Origin: Nitrososphaeraceae archaeon
Lineage (GTDB): Archaea; Thermoproteota; Nitrososphaeria; Nitrososphaerales; Nitrososphaeraceae
Length of the DNA stretch: 32,000 bases
Direction of reading: 5' to 3'
Assembly: GCA_035642715.1 (NCBI GenBank)
Contig: DASQRW010000073.1
Coordinates: 1-32,000 of the forward strand
The notes under the pieces are model-generated. The model was not told the DNA's origin. It searched no databases and was given only the letters and a program-made list of their open reading frames with translations. Positions 17,237 through 26,670 of this stretch are shown here, piece after piece; within the stretch, counting starts at the first letter, position 1, and the number at the start of each line of letters is the position of its first letter. Made by a program: the position numbers and the translations under genes.

Positions 17237-18118
17237 TCAGAACCTTCTCAGGATCTTGGGTTTTAACATTTCCGGATGGTTCTTAAGTCCCACCACTAAA
17301 GAGAGAAGATTTTCCTTATCTTGAGGGAAAGTACCACCCAACGAATAAATATTAGATGCATGATTAGCCCTAAATATTACTGGTGTGGATACATTGATAT
17401 TTGATATTAATCTTTCAAGTTCGTCCAATATCTCCATGTCCTCTAATGAGATAAATGGCTCGTTAAACTTCGTCATAAACTCATTAAAAATTTCCTCTTC
17501 AAGATGTAATGTTAATGCTCCGAGGTAATCAGGGACAATTTCATTTATTACTCTACCAGTATCAAGTGTATGCTCATAAGTATAGGTTTTTCCACCTATG
17601 CCTAGGATTATCATGCAGGATAAAATATAGCCGTGTCTTTTCGCCCTTTGACAAGCCTGAATAATTCCTTTGCTTGTAGCGCCTTTTGTCACCTTCTTTA
17701 AAAGAATATCATTTCCGGTCTCAACTCCTACATAGAACATCCCTAATCCAGCAGATCTAAGTCTGTCTAATTCATCATCCTTCTTCTGCAATAGATTCTT
17801 TGGCATTGCATAGCATGATATTCTTTCTATATTTGCAAACTTGCTCCGTAAATAATTCAGAATTTGAATCAATCTATTGGTGGATAGGTTTAGCGCATCT
17901 CCATCTGCAAGAAACACCCTTCGAGTATCAGGATATGCATTTGCGGCGAGATCAATTTCCGTTTTTATCTCTTCCCATGGTCTTTCAATATATTCCTTTG
18001 TACGATACATGTTACAAAAGGAGCATTTGTTAAAGGAGCAACCTAATGTAACCTGAAATATCATTGAGTTAGCCTCAGAAGGTGGTCTATAAAGAGGATG
18101 ATCATACATAATTTCCAT
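17237..18118 (-). CDS. Radical SAM domain protein (subfamily not assigned)
   Basis: The N-terminal YRPPSEANSMIFQVTLGCSFNKCSFCNMY carries the CxxxCxxC cluster motif. A TIM-barrel-like remainder includes GDAL and VGVETG. Confidence 0.85.
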   Translation of the reverse strand: MEIMYDHPLYRPPSEANSMIFQVTLGCSFNKCSFCNMYRTKEYIERPWEEIKTEIDLAANAYPDTRRVFLADGDALNLSTNRLIQILNYLRSKFANIERISCYAMPKNLLQKKDDELDRLRSAGLGMFYVGVETGNDILLKKVTKGATSKGIIQACQRAKRHGYILSCMIILGIGGKTYTYEHTLDTGRVINEIVPDYLGALTLHLEEEIFNEFMTKFNEPFISLEDMEILDELERLISNINVSTPVIFRANHASNIYSLGGTFPQDKENLLSLVVGLKNHPEMLKPKILRRF

Positions 18119-18489
18119 TTTTATATACTATGAGTAAGATAACATATTACATTACATTTAACTTATACTATTTGGATCACCGATCGAATGATACGATAAA
18201 AATTATTCTTAAAGAGTTTGGGTCGGTTCGTCGCGAGATCTTCATTGCTTTGACTCAGTCTGGAGCAGCGAAATCTTACCTCATCCCCGTGTATAGCTAT
18301 ATGAACTACCATTAAAGTGTATTTGGATCAACATTTTAGGAATTTGTCCGATAATAAAGTGCCTTTGACTATTTTGCTATTAACAGAATTAAGCCATTCT
18401 CAAGAAGGATGAGAATATCACAGTTGTTAAGATTCCCTTACTCGACAGCCGCGCCATTCACTTTGTCTATCATAGATAGTTAATAATAC

Positions 18490-18792
18490 TTATAGATAGA
18501 CATTGTCCAGTATTTTTTGAATATGTCTTCGTAACTTCTTTAATGTACCTGAAATGACAATCGTAACAAGTGGCGGATCGATTAAAGCTATTGTTGGCAA
18601 GATATTATCAATATGTTGTAGAAGACAGCTTATGATAATAATATTTTTTTGTTCTGATCGAATCAATCTTATAGAAGATAATTCAGTTGAAATATGACCA
18701 AAAAGTTCGGAATTTCGTTTTGTGATCGAGTTAAGTATACTAAGCTCGTCTCTAATATTATCATATGGATGTACACTATGCAATATTGCCAA
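18490..18792 (-). CDS. rnp2: RNase P protein component Pop5 (Rnp2); start problematic, with the conserved N-terminus extending to 18822 without a start codon
   Basis: The C-terminal ISGTLKKLRRHI matches the Pop5 VSGTIKRLKRK motif. The track start is the TTG at 18792. In-frame upstream codons (18793-18822) encode TLKRRAKRRY, resembling the conserved basic-RY-I start of the first Pop5 beta strand, and are preceded by an in-frame TGA (18823-18825). Confidence 0.7.
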   Translation of the reverse strand: MAILHSVHPYDNIRDELSILNSITKRNSELFGHISTELSSIRLIRSEQKNIIIISCLLQHIDNILPTIALIDPPLVTIVISGTLKKLRRHIQKILDNVYL

Positions 18793-18814
18793 ATATCGAC
18801 GTTTTGCCCTACGC

Positions 18815-19321
18815 TTAAGCGTTCACAAACACCATCCTTTGATATTTTGTTTCCAACCACTCTGCGAGATCTCGCCAATATTGTTCTGGTTTTATATCAC
18901 AAATCTTTAATATAGAGTCGAAAGAGCGACCCGAAACCATTTCCAACTCAGAATTTGCACCACTAGATAAAATAAATTGATAATCATTTAATTTGCAAAA
19001 TTTGTACAGATTTTGTATTTGGTTAAACCATTTTCCAATGTTGGGTCCATTGTGTTTGCGAGCACGAGATATAGTAACCTCCAGTCCAATCCTCTTTCTC
19101 GCTATCCTTTTTAGATTGTCTTCTATTGTCTTAAAATCTTCAACTACCAAAATATCTGTACTAGAAATTGAAATCTCTTCAATTTTTTTGCAAACAACTA
19201 GATACGGATAACTCGTTAAGTCATCTGGTTTTCTGTTTATTCGATAAATAATATTATTATCTATTGATATTATACCAGCATAATCGATTCCTACAACATC
19301 AATTTCAGAGATTTGAGCCAT
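18815..19321 (-). CDS. rnp3: RNase P protein component Rpp30 (Rnp3)
   Basis: FILSSGANSELEMVSGRSFDSILKICDI matches the Rpp30 SSGA...R..D motif region. Its position upstream of pop5 is conserved. Confidence 0.75.
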   Translation of the reverse strand: MAQISEIDVVGIDYAGIISIDNNIIYRINRKPDDLTSYPYLVVCKKIEEISISSTDILVVEDFKTIEDNLKRIARKRIGLEVTISRARKHNGPNIGKWFNQIQNLYKFCKLNDYQFILSSGANSELEMVSGRSFDSILKICDIKPEQYWRDLAEWLETKYQRMVFVNA

Positions 19322-19362
19322 TTGTGCAATTTTTTTATACTCTTTAAAATTTATACATAGAT

Positions 19363-19812
19363 CTATTCGCTTGAAGTCAAAAGCCTCCTATAATCTTCTA
19401 ATATTTTGGTAGGTCTATATCTTCTCACTGGTCGCAATCGAATTCTAATAGAATCAGTATCAGAAAGAGATGTTCTTCCCTGACAGATTCTCTGTTTATC
19501 TAAACGAATGTATAGATTTCCTTTTTCATCAATATAATTATCAAAAAAATCTGAAAGAGAATGCCTGTCAATTTTATTTAATCTAGATAAAATTGTTGCT
19601 AGAAGAGAGTTAGCCTCATTACTTCCTATAACAGCAGAGAGTAAGAAAATTTTATTTCCCCAATGACCTTCAGAAGAAGTGGAGGAAAATCTATCAGGCG
19701 ATATATAGAGTACATCGTTAATGGATTGCAAAATCTTATCTTGATTTTCTGTAGCATGAATAATGATATTAATTTCTGCAGTAGAAAATCTAATATTATC
19801 TTCTGAAGTCAT
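19363..19812 (-). CDS. DUF54 / COG1325-type RNA-binding protein (predicted exosome/RNase P-associated)
   Basis: IIIHATENQDKIL, EGHWGNKIF and LYIRLDKQ match the family signature (hATED..kV, GhyGN.I, lRldKQ) as I remember it. It sits in the archaeal RNA-processing neighbourhood. Confidence 0.65.
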   Translation of the reverse strand: MTSEDNIRFSTAEINIIIHATENQDKILQSINDVLYISPDRFSSTSSEGHWGNKIFLLSAVIGSNEANSLLATILSRLNKIDRHSLSDFFDNYIDEKGNLYIRLDKQRICQGRTSLSDTDSIRIRLRPVRRYRPTKILEDYRRLLTSSE

Positions 19813-19859
19813 AAACTAATACCAATAGTCTAAGACTTAGATAAATATTGATTAAAAAG

Positions 19860-20585
19860 TTATTGCGTCGATTCTGTAGTCTGCTTATAGTCCTCTACTT
19901 CCTCACCAGATTCATCGGTAGTCGAAGCTTCGGATGATGATGATGTTGTTGTTGTTGATTCAATTGCCTTTGCTTCCTGAATAGCTCTAGATTCTGACGT
20001 TGATATCAATTTTGTTTTTTTAATACCTATGTGTCGTAGCGATGCAATTTTCTTTGCTTCTGCAAGAAGATCAGCACCCATCTTTCCCATAGTAGCTTCC
20101 TGCACAAACTGGTCAACAGTCAATTTTGGAATTTTATCTGAGAGTATTCTATGTGCTATCATTCTAATTTCATGTTTTTTCGAAGAATTTAGCCTTCTTT
20201 GACTAAACGCAATTATTGAAACCCGAAAAGTATAACCGTCGATTGTTCTAAAATCGTGCACATAGTTTATCATTGAGCTTCCCCTTCTAATAAGACTTCT
20301 TAGAAATTCTTTTGCGTATTCATGTCCTTTAAAGATAGTACTAGCGTTACCATCTCTAATGTCGTCTATCTGGACAAAGATTTTTGTCTGATGCTGTGTG
20401 GGATCTTGTTTTAATATATCAAACATCGTATTTTCAATTACACGTCCCTTAGAATTAGCAATATCAGTAATTGGGACATAGCTCAGAGGGCTTCCCCCGA
20501 ATGCTACCGGAGCATTAACTACCACCCACTGCTTATCTCGCCATTTATCCCTTACCCTACCACCTCGTTTAGCTCCCCTAGCCAT
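19860..20585 (-). CDS. rps3ae: 30S ribosomal protein eS1 (S3Ae), with an acidic Ser/Thr-rich C-terminal tail
   Basis: MARGAKRGGRVRDKWRDKQWVVVNAP... is typical of S3Ae. The tail reads TTTTSSSSEASTTDESGEEVEDY. Confidence 0.93.
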   Translation of the reverse strand: MARGAKRGGRVRDKWRDKQWVVVNAPVAFGGSPLSYVPITDIANSKGRVIENTMFDILKQDPTQHQTKIFVQIDDIRDGNASTIFKGHEYAKEFLRSLIRRGSSMINYVHDFRTIDGYTFRVSIIAFSQRRLNSSKKHEIRMIAHRILSDKIPKLTVDQFVQEATMGKMGADLLAEAKKIASLRHIGIKKTKLISTSESRAIQEAKAIESTTTTSSSSEASTTDESGEEVEDYKQTTESTQ

Positions 20586-20706
20586 AAAAAGTGAGACTCT
20601 ATAACCAAAATATAAGTTGTACGTTGATTGATAGACTGATTTTATTTTAATACAATATAAAAAAGCAGAGAAAACTTTCTTAAGAAGAGTTTACCATTCA
20701 TCGTTA

Positions 20707-20994
20707 TTGAGATGTGGAATTACCTACAATAGACCTCTCTATCCTGTCTATGGGAATACTAACACTAATGCAGCTATAAGGAATACAAATAACTATTTTG
20801 AAATGGGATTTTTACTGCAATATTTTTATGCTTCTACTATATTAGCCAGTATAATTGCTATAACAACCATAGGAATAATTTTGATATTTCAATCAATACC
20901 GTTGATCGGATTAGGAATAGCAATAACAATACATTCAATCTTACTGTTATATTCCAAAATCCTCTCCAATTATGTTCTAGAATTATTAGTTTGA
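20707..20994 (+). CDS. Hypothetical small membrane protein (weak call)
   Basis: Starts at TTG, with an internal ATG giving about 63 aa and two hydrophobic helices. I recognise no family. An 11-1-11 palindrome lies 37 nt downstream. Confidence 0.3.
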   Translation: MRCGITYNRPLYPVYGNTNTNAAIRNTNNYFEMGFLLQYFYASTILASIIAITTIGIILIFQSIPLIGLGIAITIHSILLLYSKILSNYVLELLV

Positions 20995-21030
20995 TACGAA
21001 CTCATACTTATTTTATTCTATATTCTTTGA

Positions 21031-21053
21031 GATAATGAAAATTTTTCATTATC
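21031..21053. repeat. Perfect palindrome GATAATGAAAA-T-TTTTCATTATC
   Basis: Arms 21031-21041 and 21043-21053 are exact reverse complements. Confidence 0.7.
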
Positions 21054-21773
21054 ATAAGGATCTTATTTATTTCTAGTATAATAAATAACATATCTTTCTT
21101 TCTTTCTTTCGATGGTAATGCTAAGTCGATGGTATTAAGAATTAAAAATCGATTATGGAAAAGATAATTGCAGAACCATAATATACTAATTTATTTTAAT
21201 ATTGTAAGAGACATTCCAGATATTATTTTTAGAAATTCATAAGGTAGCAAAGGTTAAAACCACAGAGGAAGATCTAACTTCAAGATAATCAAAGTTAGAC
21301 AAGTACTTTATCAAATAGTTCATCTACTAGTAACAACCATATATTACTTTCACAAAATTCATCTTAATTACAGATCTATTGTCACATGCTTTTGTCTCCA
21401 GTTATATTCTTCTTATTGTCCTGTCCAGTCGATGAATATATCTTCATTATATACAACTCTACATTTCCATTGCCATCTAATGGTATCGACACAAGAATAC
21501 ATACAACCTACATCCACTATTATTGTTTTCAAACTTTAGACTGCTAGGTGTCAAAGTAATCATTATTTTCTTAACAACTTTGAGCTATTGGTACAGAAAA
21601 ATATTATCTTTGTAATGACTTGTATCATAGAGAGGTAACAGGATTAAAATAATTGCTTTGAATTCTGATATACTATCCTTTGAAATGATTTATAATAATA
21701 AAAATACGAGAGAATAAGATTTCAATGGTTATATTTGCTAGTTTTATATATATGAATTTAACAAGTTACTTGT

Positions 21774-22970
21774 TTGACTTTAAAAGATGATGCAATTAAT
21801 CTTCATCGTATGGTCAGAGGAAAAATAGAGATACAGAGTAGAATTACTTTGGATAATACGGTTGAAGAAAAAAGTACGCTTGGCTTAATTTACACTCCAG
21901 GAGTGGCTTATATAGCTAGAGAAATAAGTAAAAATAAAGAGCTTGTTTATGATTATACCTCAAAATGGAACAATGTGGCCATTATATGCGATGGAACTAG
22001 AGTACTTGGCCTTGGTAACATTGGACCGGAAAGTGCATTACCTGTTATGGAAGGAAAATCTGTTTTATTCAAGGTATTAGGTGGTATTAACGCTTTTCCT
22101 CTTTGCATATCAGCTAGAGACAAAGAAGAAATAATCAGCTTTGCTAAAGCTATTGAGCCAGTTTTTGGAGCCGTAAATATAGAAGACATCGAATCACCAA
22201 AAGTCTTGGATATTATAGAACGGCTTAAAAATGAACTTTCAATACCTGTTTTTCACGATGATCAACACGGAACAGCAGTAATCACTTTTTCGGCATTGAT
22301 AAATGCCTTGAGATTATTAGACAAAAGGTTAATGGAAATTAAGATAGTGATCTCCGGAGCTGGTTCAGCCGGCTATGGGATATATAGAATTCTGTATGAG
22401 GCAGGCTGCAGAGATATCATTGTGACCGATAGCAAAGGAGCTATTTATGAAGGGAGAAATGAAACTTTGGATAATTCATACAAAAAAGAAATCGCAAAAA
22501 AAACTAATTCCAAAAAATTGCATGGGACACTTACTGATGTAATTAAAGAGGCTGACGTATTCATAGGCGTATCTGGAAAGCCCGATTTATTAAATGACAA
22601 AATGGTGAAATCAATGAATCCTGATGCTGTAGTATTTGCATTAAGTAACCCCGATCCGGAAATGCTTCCACCTAATGCGCTGAATGCCGGAGCGAGGATT
22701 GTCGCTACAGGCAGATCAGATTTTCCTAATCAGGTTAACAATGCTTTAGTATTCCCTTCTATTCTTAGAGCTTTGTTAGACCTAAGAGCCAAAACTATAC
22801 ATGAAGATATGCTCGTAGCAGTTGCAAAAGCAATTGCAGCACTAGTCACAGATGCTCATCTAAAAGAAGACTACATAATACCTAAAATAAATGATCCACG
22901 AATACTTCCCATAGTTAACCTAACGTTGAAGGAAGCACTTCAAAGGCAGGCATATGTTAGTCGACATTAG
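21774..22970 (+). CDS. NAD(P)-dependent malic enzyme (short archaeal/bacterial type)
   Basis: LIYTPGVA, ICDGTRVLGLGNIGP, FHDDQHGTA, ISGAGSAG and ALSNPDPE motifs are present. It starts at TTG, with an in-frame TAA 15 nt upstream. Confidence 0.9.
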   Translation: MTLKDDAINLHRMVRGKIEIQSRITLDNTVEEKSTLGLIYTPGVAYIAREISKNKELVYDYTSKWNNVAIICDGTRVLGLGNIGPESALPVMEGKSVLFKVLGGINAFPLCISARDKEEIISFAKAIEPVFGAVNIEDIESPKVLDIIERLKNELSIPVFHDDQHGTAVITFSALINALRLLDKRLMEIKIVISGAGSAGYGIYRILYEAGCRDIIVTDSKGAIYEGRNETLDNSYKKEIAKKTNSKKLHGTLTDVIKEADVFIGVSGKPDLLNDKMVKSMNPDAVVFALSNPDPEMLPPNALNAGARIVATGRSDFPNQVNNALVFPSILRALLDLRAKTIHEDMLVAVAKAIAALVTDAHLKEDYIIPKINDPRILPIVNLTLKEALQRQAYVSRH

Positions 22971-23409
22971 CGACCTCATAAATCTTTAATCAATGAAAAA
23001 TAAGAAGGTGACCATAATTTTGTTACATTCTATCTATTTCTAATATATACTAATGGTGTGATGATATGTTCAAACAAAAAAAGGGTTATAGCAGTGGAAA
23101 GAAATGATATGTGTGTTAAATTGATATTAAATTGATAGCGACCATTGACTTTCATGGTCCACACATAGACACATCCTGTTAATGTATATGCCATATTTCG
23201 AGACCCCATCAGTTACTTATTGTTGATTAAAGATAATTATATCTTTGTAATACATAGAACCAGTGCTCGTGCCTCTCTGTAAGTTTGCGTAGGAAACCTT
23301 TGCTATCTTACTACATTATACATTCTGAGGCCTTTCTTTTTCTTATGAAGACAAGTCAGAAGCGTATGAATCGTTATGTACATTTTGCATTGAGCAGATA
23401 AAAAAATGG

Positions 23410-23811
23410 TCAGCCATAGAAGTTAATGTATCTGTCTTCTCTACTTCCTTTACTTTCTGCCTCACATAACTCTTTGTATAGTACATCTACTGCTGCCATT
23501 TCTATCAATTCTCCCTGCGCAACCATAGAAGCATGTTCATAAATATCTAAGCTTTTTACCCTATCAACAAACATAGAATCTGTCATTCCATTCTTTTTTG
23601 CTCTTCCCATCAGGAAGAATAGTATTCTATCTAAGTGGTAATTTATATGAATATCTTTTGCTTCTTCTAAGTCCACGCTATATATATTTGATATTTTAAT
23701 ATTTATTCTTATTTCATCTTCTTTAACCTTGTTCCTGTGTTCGATATCTACAGCTCTTCTACCTCTCAATTTTAAAGATTTAACATTGGGCTCATCATTC
23801 GAATTTTGCAT
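23410..23811 (-). CDS. Hypothetical protein (133 aa), isolated between long non-coding spacers
   Basis: A clean ATG ORF. I recognise no family. Confidence 0.45.
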   Translation of the reverse strand: MQNSNDEPNVKSLKLRGRRAVDIEHRNKVKEDEIRINIKISNIYSVDLEEAKDIHINYHLDRILFFLMGRAKKNGMTDSMFVDRVKSLDIYEHASMVAQGELIEMAAVDVLYKELCEAESKGSREDRYINFYG

Positions 23812-24079
23812 TTATTTCTAAAATCAAAACAATTATTCATTTTGTCCTTATTAAGTTATCTTTCTATACTTACTAATTATCTATTACTAATTTTATTACT
23901 AATGCTGGTGCCTTTATACAAGGATTGATCATTTGCTTCTTTTCCTATATACTTCTAGATGGATGAATTTTACCTAGATAATCTATTTGATGCTAAATGA
24001 CTAGTGCGATGGCAGTATTTATGGTCATAAATTTACTCTTATCTATACATAAATGAAGAAAGGTAGTACGATATACTTA

Positions 24080-24127
24080 TTTTTGTATTGATTTGACTAT
24101 TTGACAAAATTATTATCAATACAAAAA
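24080..24127. repeat. 13-bp perfect inverted repeat (TTTTTGTATTGAT ... ATCAATACAAAAA) with a 22-nt spacer containing TTTGAC twice
   Basis: Arms 24080-24092 and 24115-24127. Confidence 0.7.
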
Positions 24128-24761
24128 ATAATATCTTAACTTTTATTGGAGATAGTTTGAATATAGTAAATCATAATAGAAAATATAGAGGGCAGAGAGA
24201 TACTCTTTAATACTGACATAATACTGCTCACTAAAATATGTGTGTATATGTATTTGTATATGTATAAAACATCATGTAAGACTCCCCGTGTAATCAAGTA
24301 ATATTATGAATTCATTTCCTATTTCAAGAAACGAATAATCTAGATTCTTGATCTCCTTATCAGAACTTTAAACTGTGCAAATCATCATCCCTAGTTTTTT
24401 TGTTTTATCTCCCTGTCGATATGACAACTATTACAGAAAAAAACTCTATTACACGGTTTCCATTTACAATTTTTAATCGAGGCTATTGGAATAGTACTTC
24501 TTAAACCAAGAATACTACTTTAACAAGAAATATTCAGGAAGGATAGAAAGGTATTTTTCTTTAGACGGATATTTCGTATTTGAGTGTCCTATTGACTATA
24601 TAGTAATGAATCTAGTCTCAAGCATACTTCTATGCATCTGTCTTATTTTTTCTCCCTTTTGAAGTTGGTTTATTGTTCCTAAGTATTTACTGTGACGCTC
24701 TAAATATTACACTTTCTAGAATGTTGTATGCTCAGATAAGCCCTATTAGCATAATTCGTGT

Positions 24762-26213
24762 CTATCTCCATGATTGTTTTCTAATTGTAATTCCAGCCCA
24801 AATAAGCAACCAAGTATATACAAATGTAGTAAGGAATGTAAATAGTGGACGATATAACCACAATTTATCGCCAGGATTTCGTAATCTAAAGTCTACTCCA
24901 TAAATCATTCCTGTAAACATTATTCCTGACAACCAAAGTATAGGTGATAAAATATCCCCTGCAAGTGGCAGCATGACCACTGCGTGCAGCAGAATAAATG
25001 GGCGGATAAATTTCATGCCAGTTTGTACGTAATACAACATCGCCGCATAAAATGGACGTTTCCAGTATATTCGGCCTGTTGAAGATAGGCTTCTGAGGAA
25101 ACTCTTTTTCCATCTTATCTGTTGTTTCATAAGTGCTGGAATAGTGTCAGGCACTCCTATGCTTACTCTAATACTTGAACTAAATAACACTTTCCAATAG
25201 GGTTTGGAAGTATCGTTATTATGCATATCTGCATCTGAAGACGATTTCATCATAACTAGATCATCATTTCCGGTTTGTAGTATTGGAATATTTTGATGAG
25301 GCTGCTCTTCCTTATGTAAACCATTTTCATTTAAAACAACCTTTGATCCAAGCACACGTGCAGTCATACGTCTATCAGTACAGAATTTAAAGTCTACACC
25401 TAAAAAGCGGTCGTGGGCCCACTCGTGAATAAAATCCTGTACAGCTGCTCTTTTATAGAAACTCAGAGATCCTGAGCAGCAAGTAAGTGAATTAAATGAG
25501 CTTTCGGCTCCCTTTATTACTCTATACGATCCATCAATGTATACTTGTTGCATTTTTAGTAGTATATTACCCGTATGTGCACCTCTAACTTTTCCCTGCG
25601 CAGTCAAGGCTCCAAGTAGCCTATCTGACATAAAGATCTTTGCTGCCTTTTCGACGGCATCACCTGCCATATCACAGTCACTATCCATAAAAGCGTAAAT
25701 TTCTCCTTTTGCGATCTCACTTGCTGCTTCAATTGCCCTTTTTTTACCGACACTTTTAGATAAGTGAAGGATACGAATGTTCTCTGATCCCACTTCTGCT
25801 CGGATTTGATCTAGAATTTTAGGTGTAGTGTCGGTACTAGCATCATTTACTATTATGACTTCTTTATTTTTATATGATTGATTAACGCAAGACATAACGC
25901 ACTTTCTGATGTTATCTTCTTCATTTTTTACTGGTACTACAATTGAAATAAGGGGCGGTTTAACATTTGAAAGGTCAACATCTTTTGCTTTATGATAAGG
26001 ATCTCTGTATCTTAGCCAAGCTAATGTCAATATATTAAACAAGATAAAAGTTGTGAGAAAGCTGTAGATCCCCAATAATCTATCCATTATAGTTAACAAT
26101 AAGTAAATTTTAACTACCAAAACGACAGCAACGGCAGCGAGTATAAAGAACCTTACCATCCATCGCTTCTTGTCTAATTCTCTAACCTTTGTCTTATGCC
26201 GCTGGAGAGTCAA
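24762..26213 (-). CDS. Membrane-embedded family 2 glycosyltransferase, processive polysaccharide synthase type (D, D, D, QxxRW)
   Basis: ISIVVPVKNEE...VIIVNDASTD, FMDSDCD and QQIRWKKSF are present, with two N-terminal and several C-terminal TM helices. It starts at TTG. Confidence 0.85.
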   Translation of the reverse strand: MTLQRHKTKVRELDKKRWMVRFFILAAVAVVLVVKIYLLLTIMDRLLGIYSFLTTFILFNILTLAWLRYRDPYHKAKDVDLSNVKPPLISIVVPVKNEEDNIRKCVMSCVNQSYKNKEVIIVNDASTDTTPKILDQIRAEVGSENIRILHLSKSVGKKRAIEAASEIAKGEIYAFMDSDCDMAGDAVEKAAKIFMSDRLLGALTAQGKVRGAHTGNILLKMQQVYIDGSYRVIKGAESSFNSLTCCSGSLSFYKRAAVQDFIHEWAHDRFLGVDFKFCTDRRMTARVLGSKVVLNENGLHKEEQPHQNIPILQTGNDDLVMMKSSSDADMHNNDTSKPYWKVLFSSSIRVSIGVPDTIPALMKQQIRWKKSFLRSLSSTGRIYWKRPFYAAMLYYVQTGMKFIRPFILLHAVVMLPLAGDILSPILWLSGIMFTGMIYGVDFRLRNPGDKLWLYRPLFTFLTTFVYTWLLIWAGITIRKQSWR

Positions 26214-26369
26214 ATCCTAAACCTCTGAATATATTGCTTTATAGCTAAATAACTACCTAACTGAACAATTACGTTAAAATGTTTGATATGGCTAGGATTT
26301 ACAACATATCTTAACCCTGAGTACAACAATTCTACAGTCATGGATATTCACAATTACACTATATAGTCA

Positions 26370-26512
26370 ATATTCAAATATAACTCTAATTTATTATTGT
26401 AGACATTTTTTATAAGATAAAATATTTATTATTTTTTTATATTCAAATATACTCCATTATTCTTCTATAATAATATTATAATTTCTTGATATATAACATT
26501 AAATTCAAATAT
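26370..26512. promoter_or_regulatory. Three direct copies of ATTCAAATAT (two extended to ATATTCAAATATA) spaced 69 and 62 bp apart, upstream of the GT2 gene
   Basis: Copies at 26372-26381, 26441-26450 and 26503-26512. The function is inferred only. Confidence 0.3.
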
Positions 26513-26670
26513 TATTTGAGTTTCTGTTAATGGTAACACTCTGGTTAGTACACTCACTTATATATGCTGTCTAGCTTTGAGTATACCTTCAAAAAAGGGT
26601 GGTCGCGAACTGTTCGTGAACTGAGTTCATTTGTCGACATATCAAGAGCAACTAAAAAATATTTTGCTAA

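Noticed and set aside
18190-18300. Locally GC-richer stretch (GGGTCGGTTCGTCGCGAGATC...) between the radical SAM gene and pop5, considered as a possible ncRNA or tRNA fragment
   Set aside because: I could not fold it into a tRNA-like or C/D-box structure and found no conserved T-loop. It is left unassigned.
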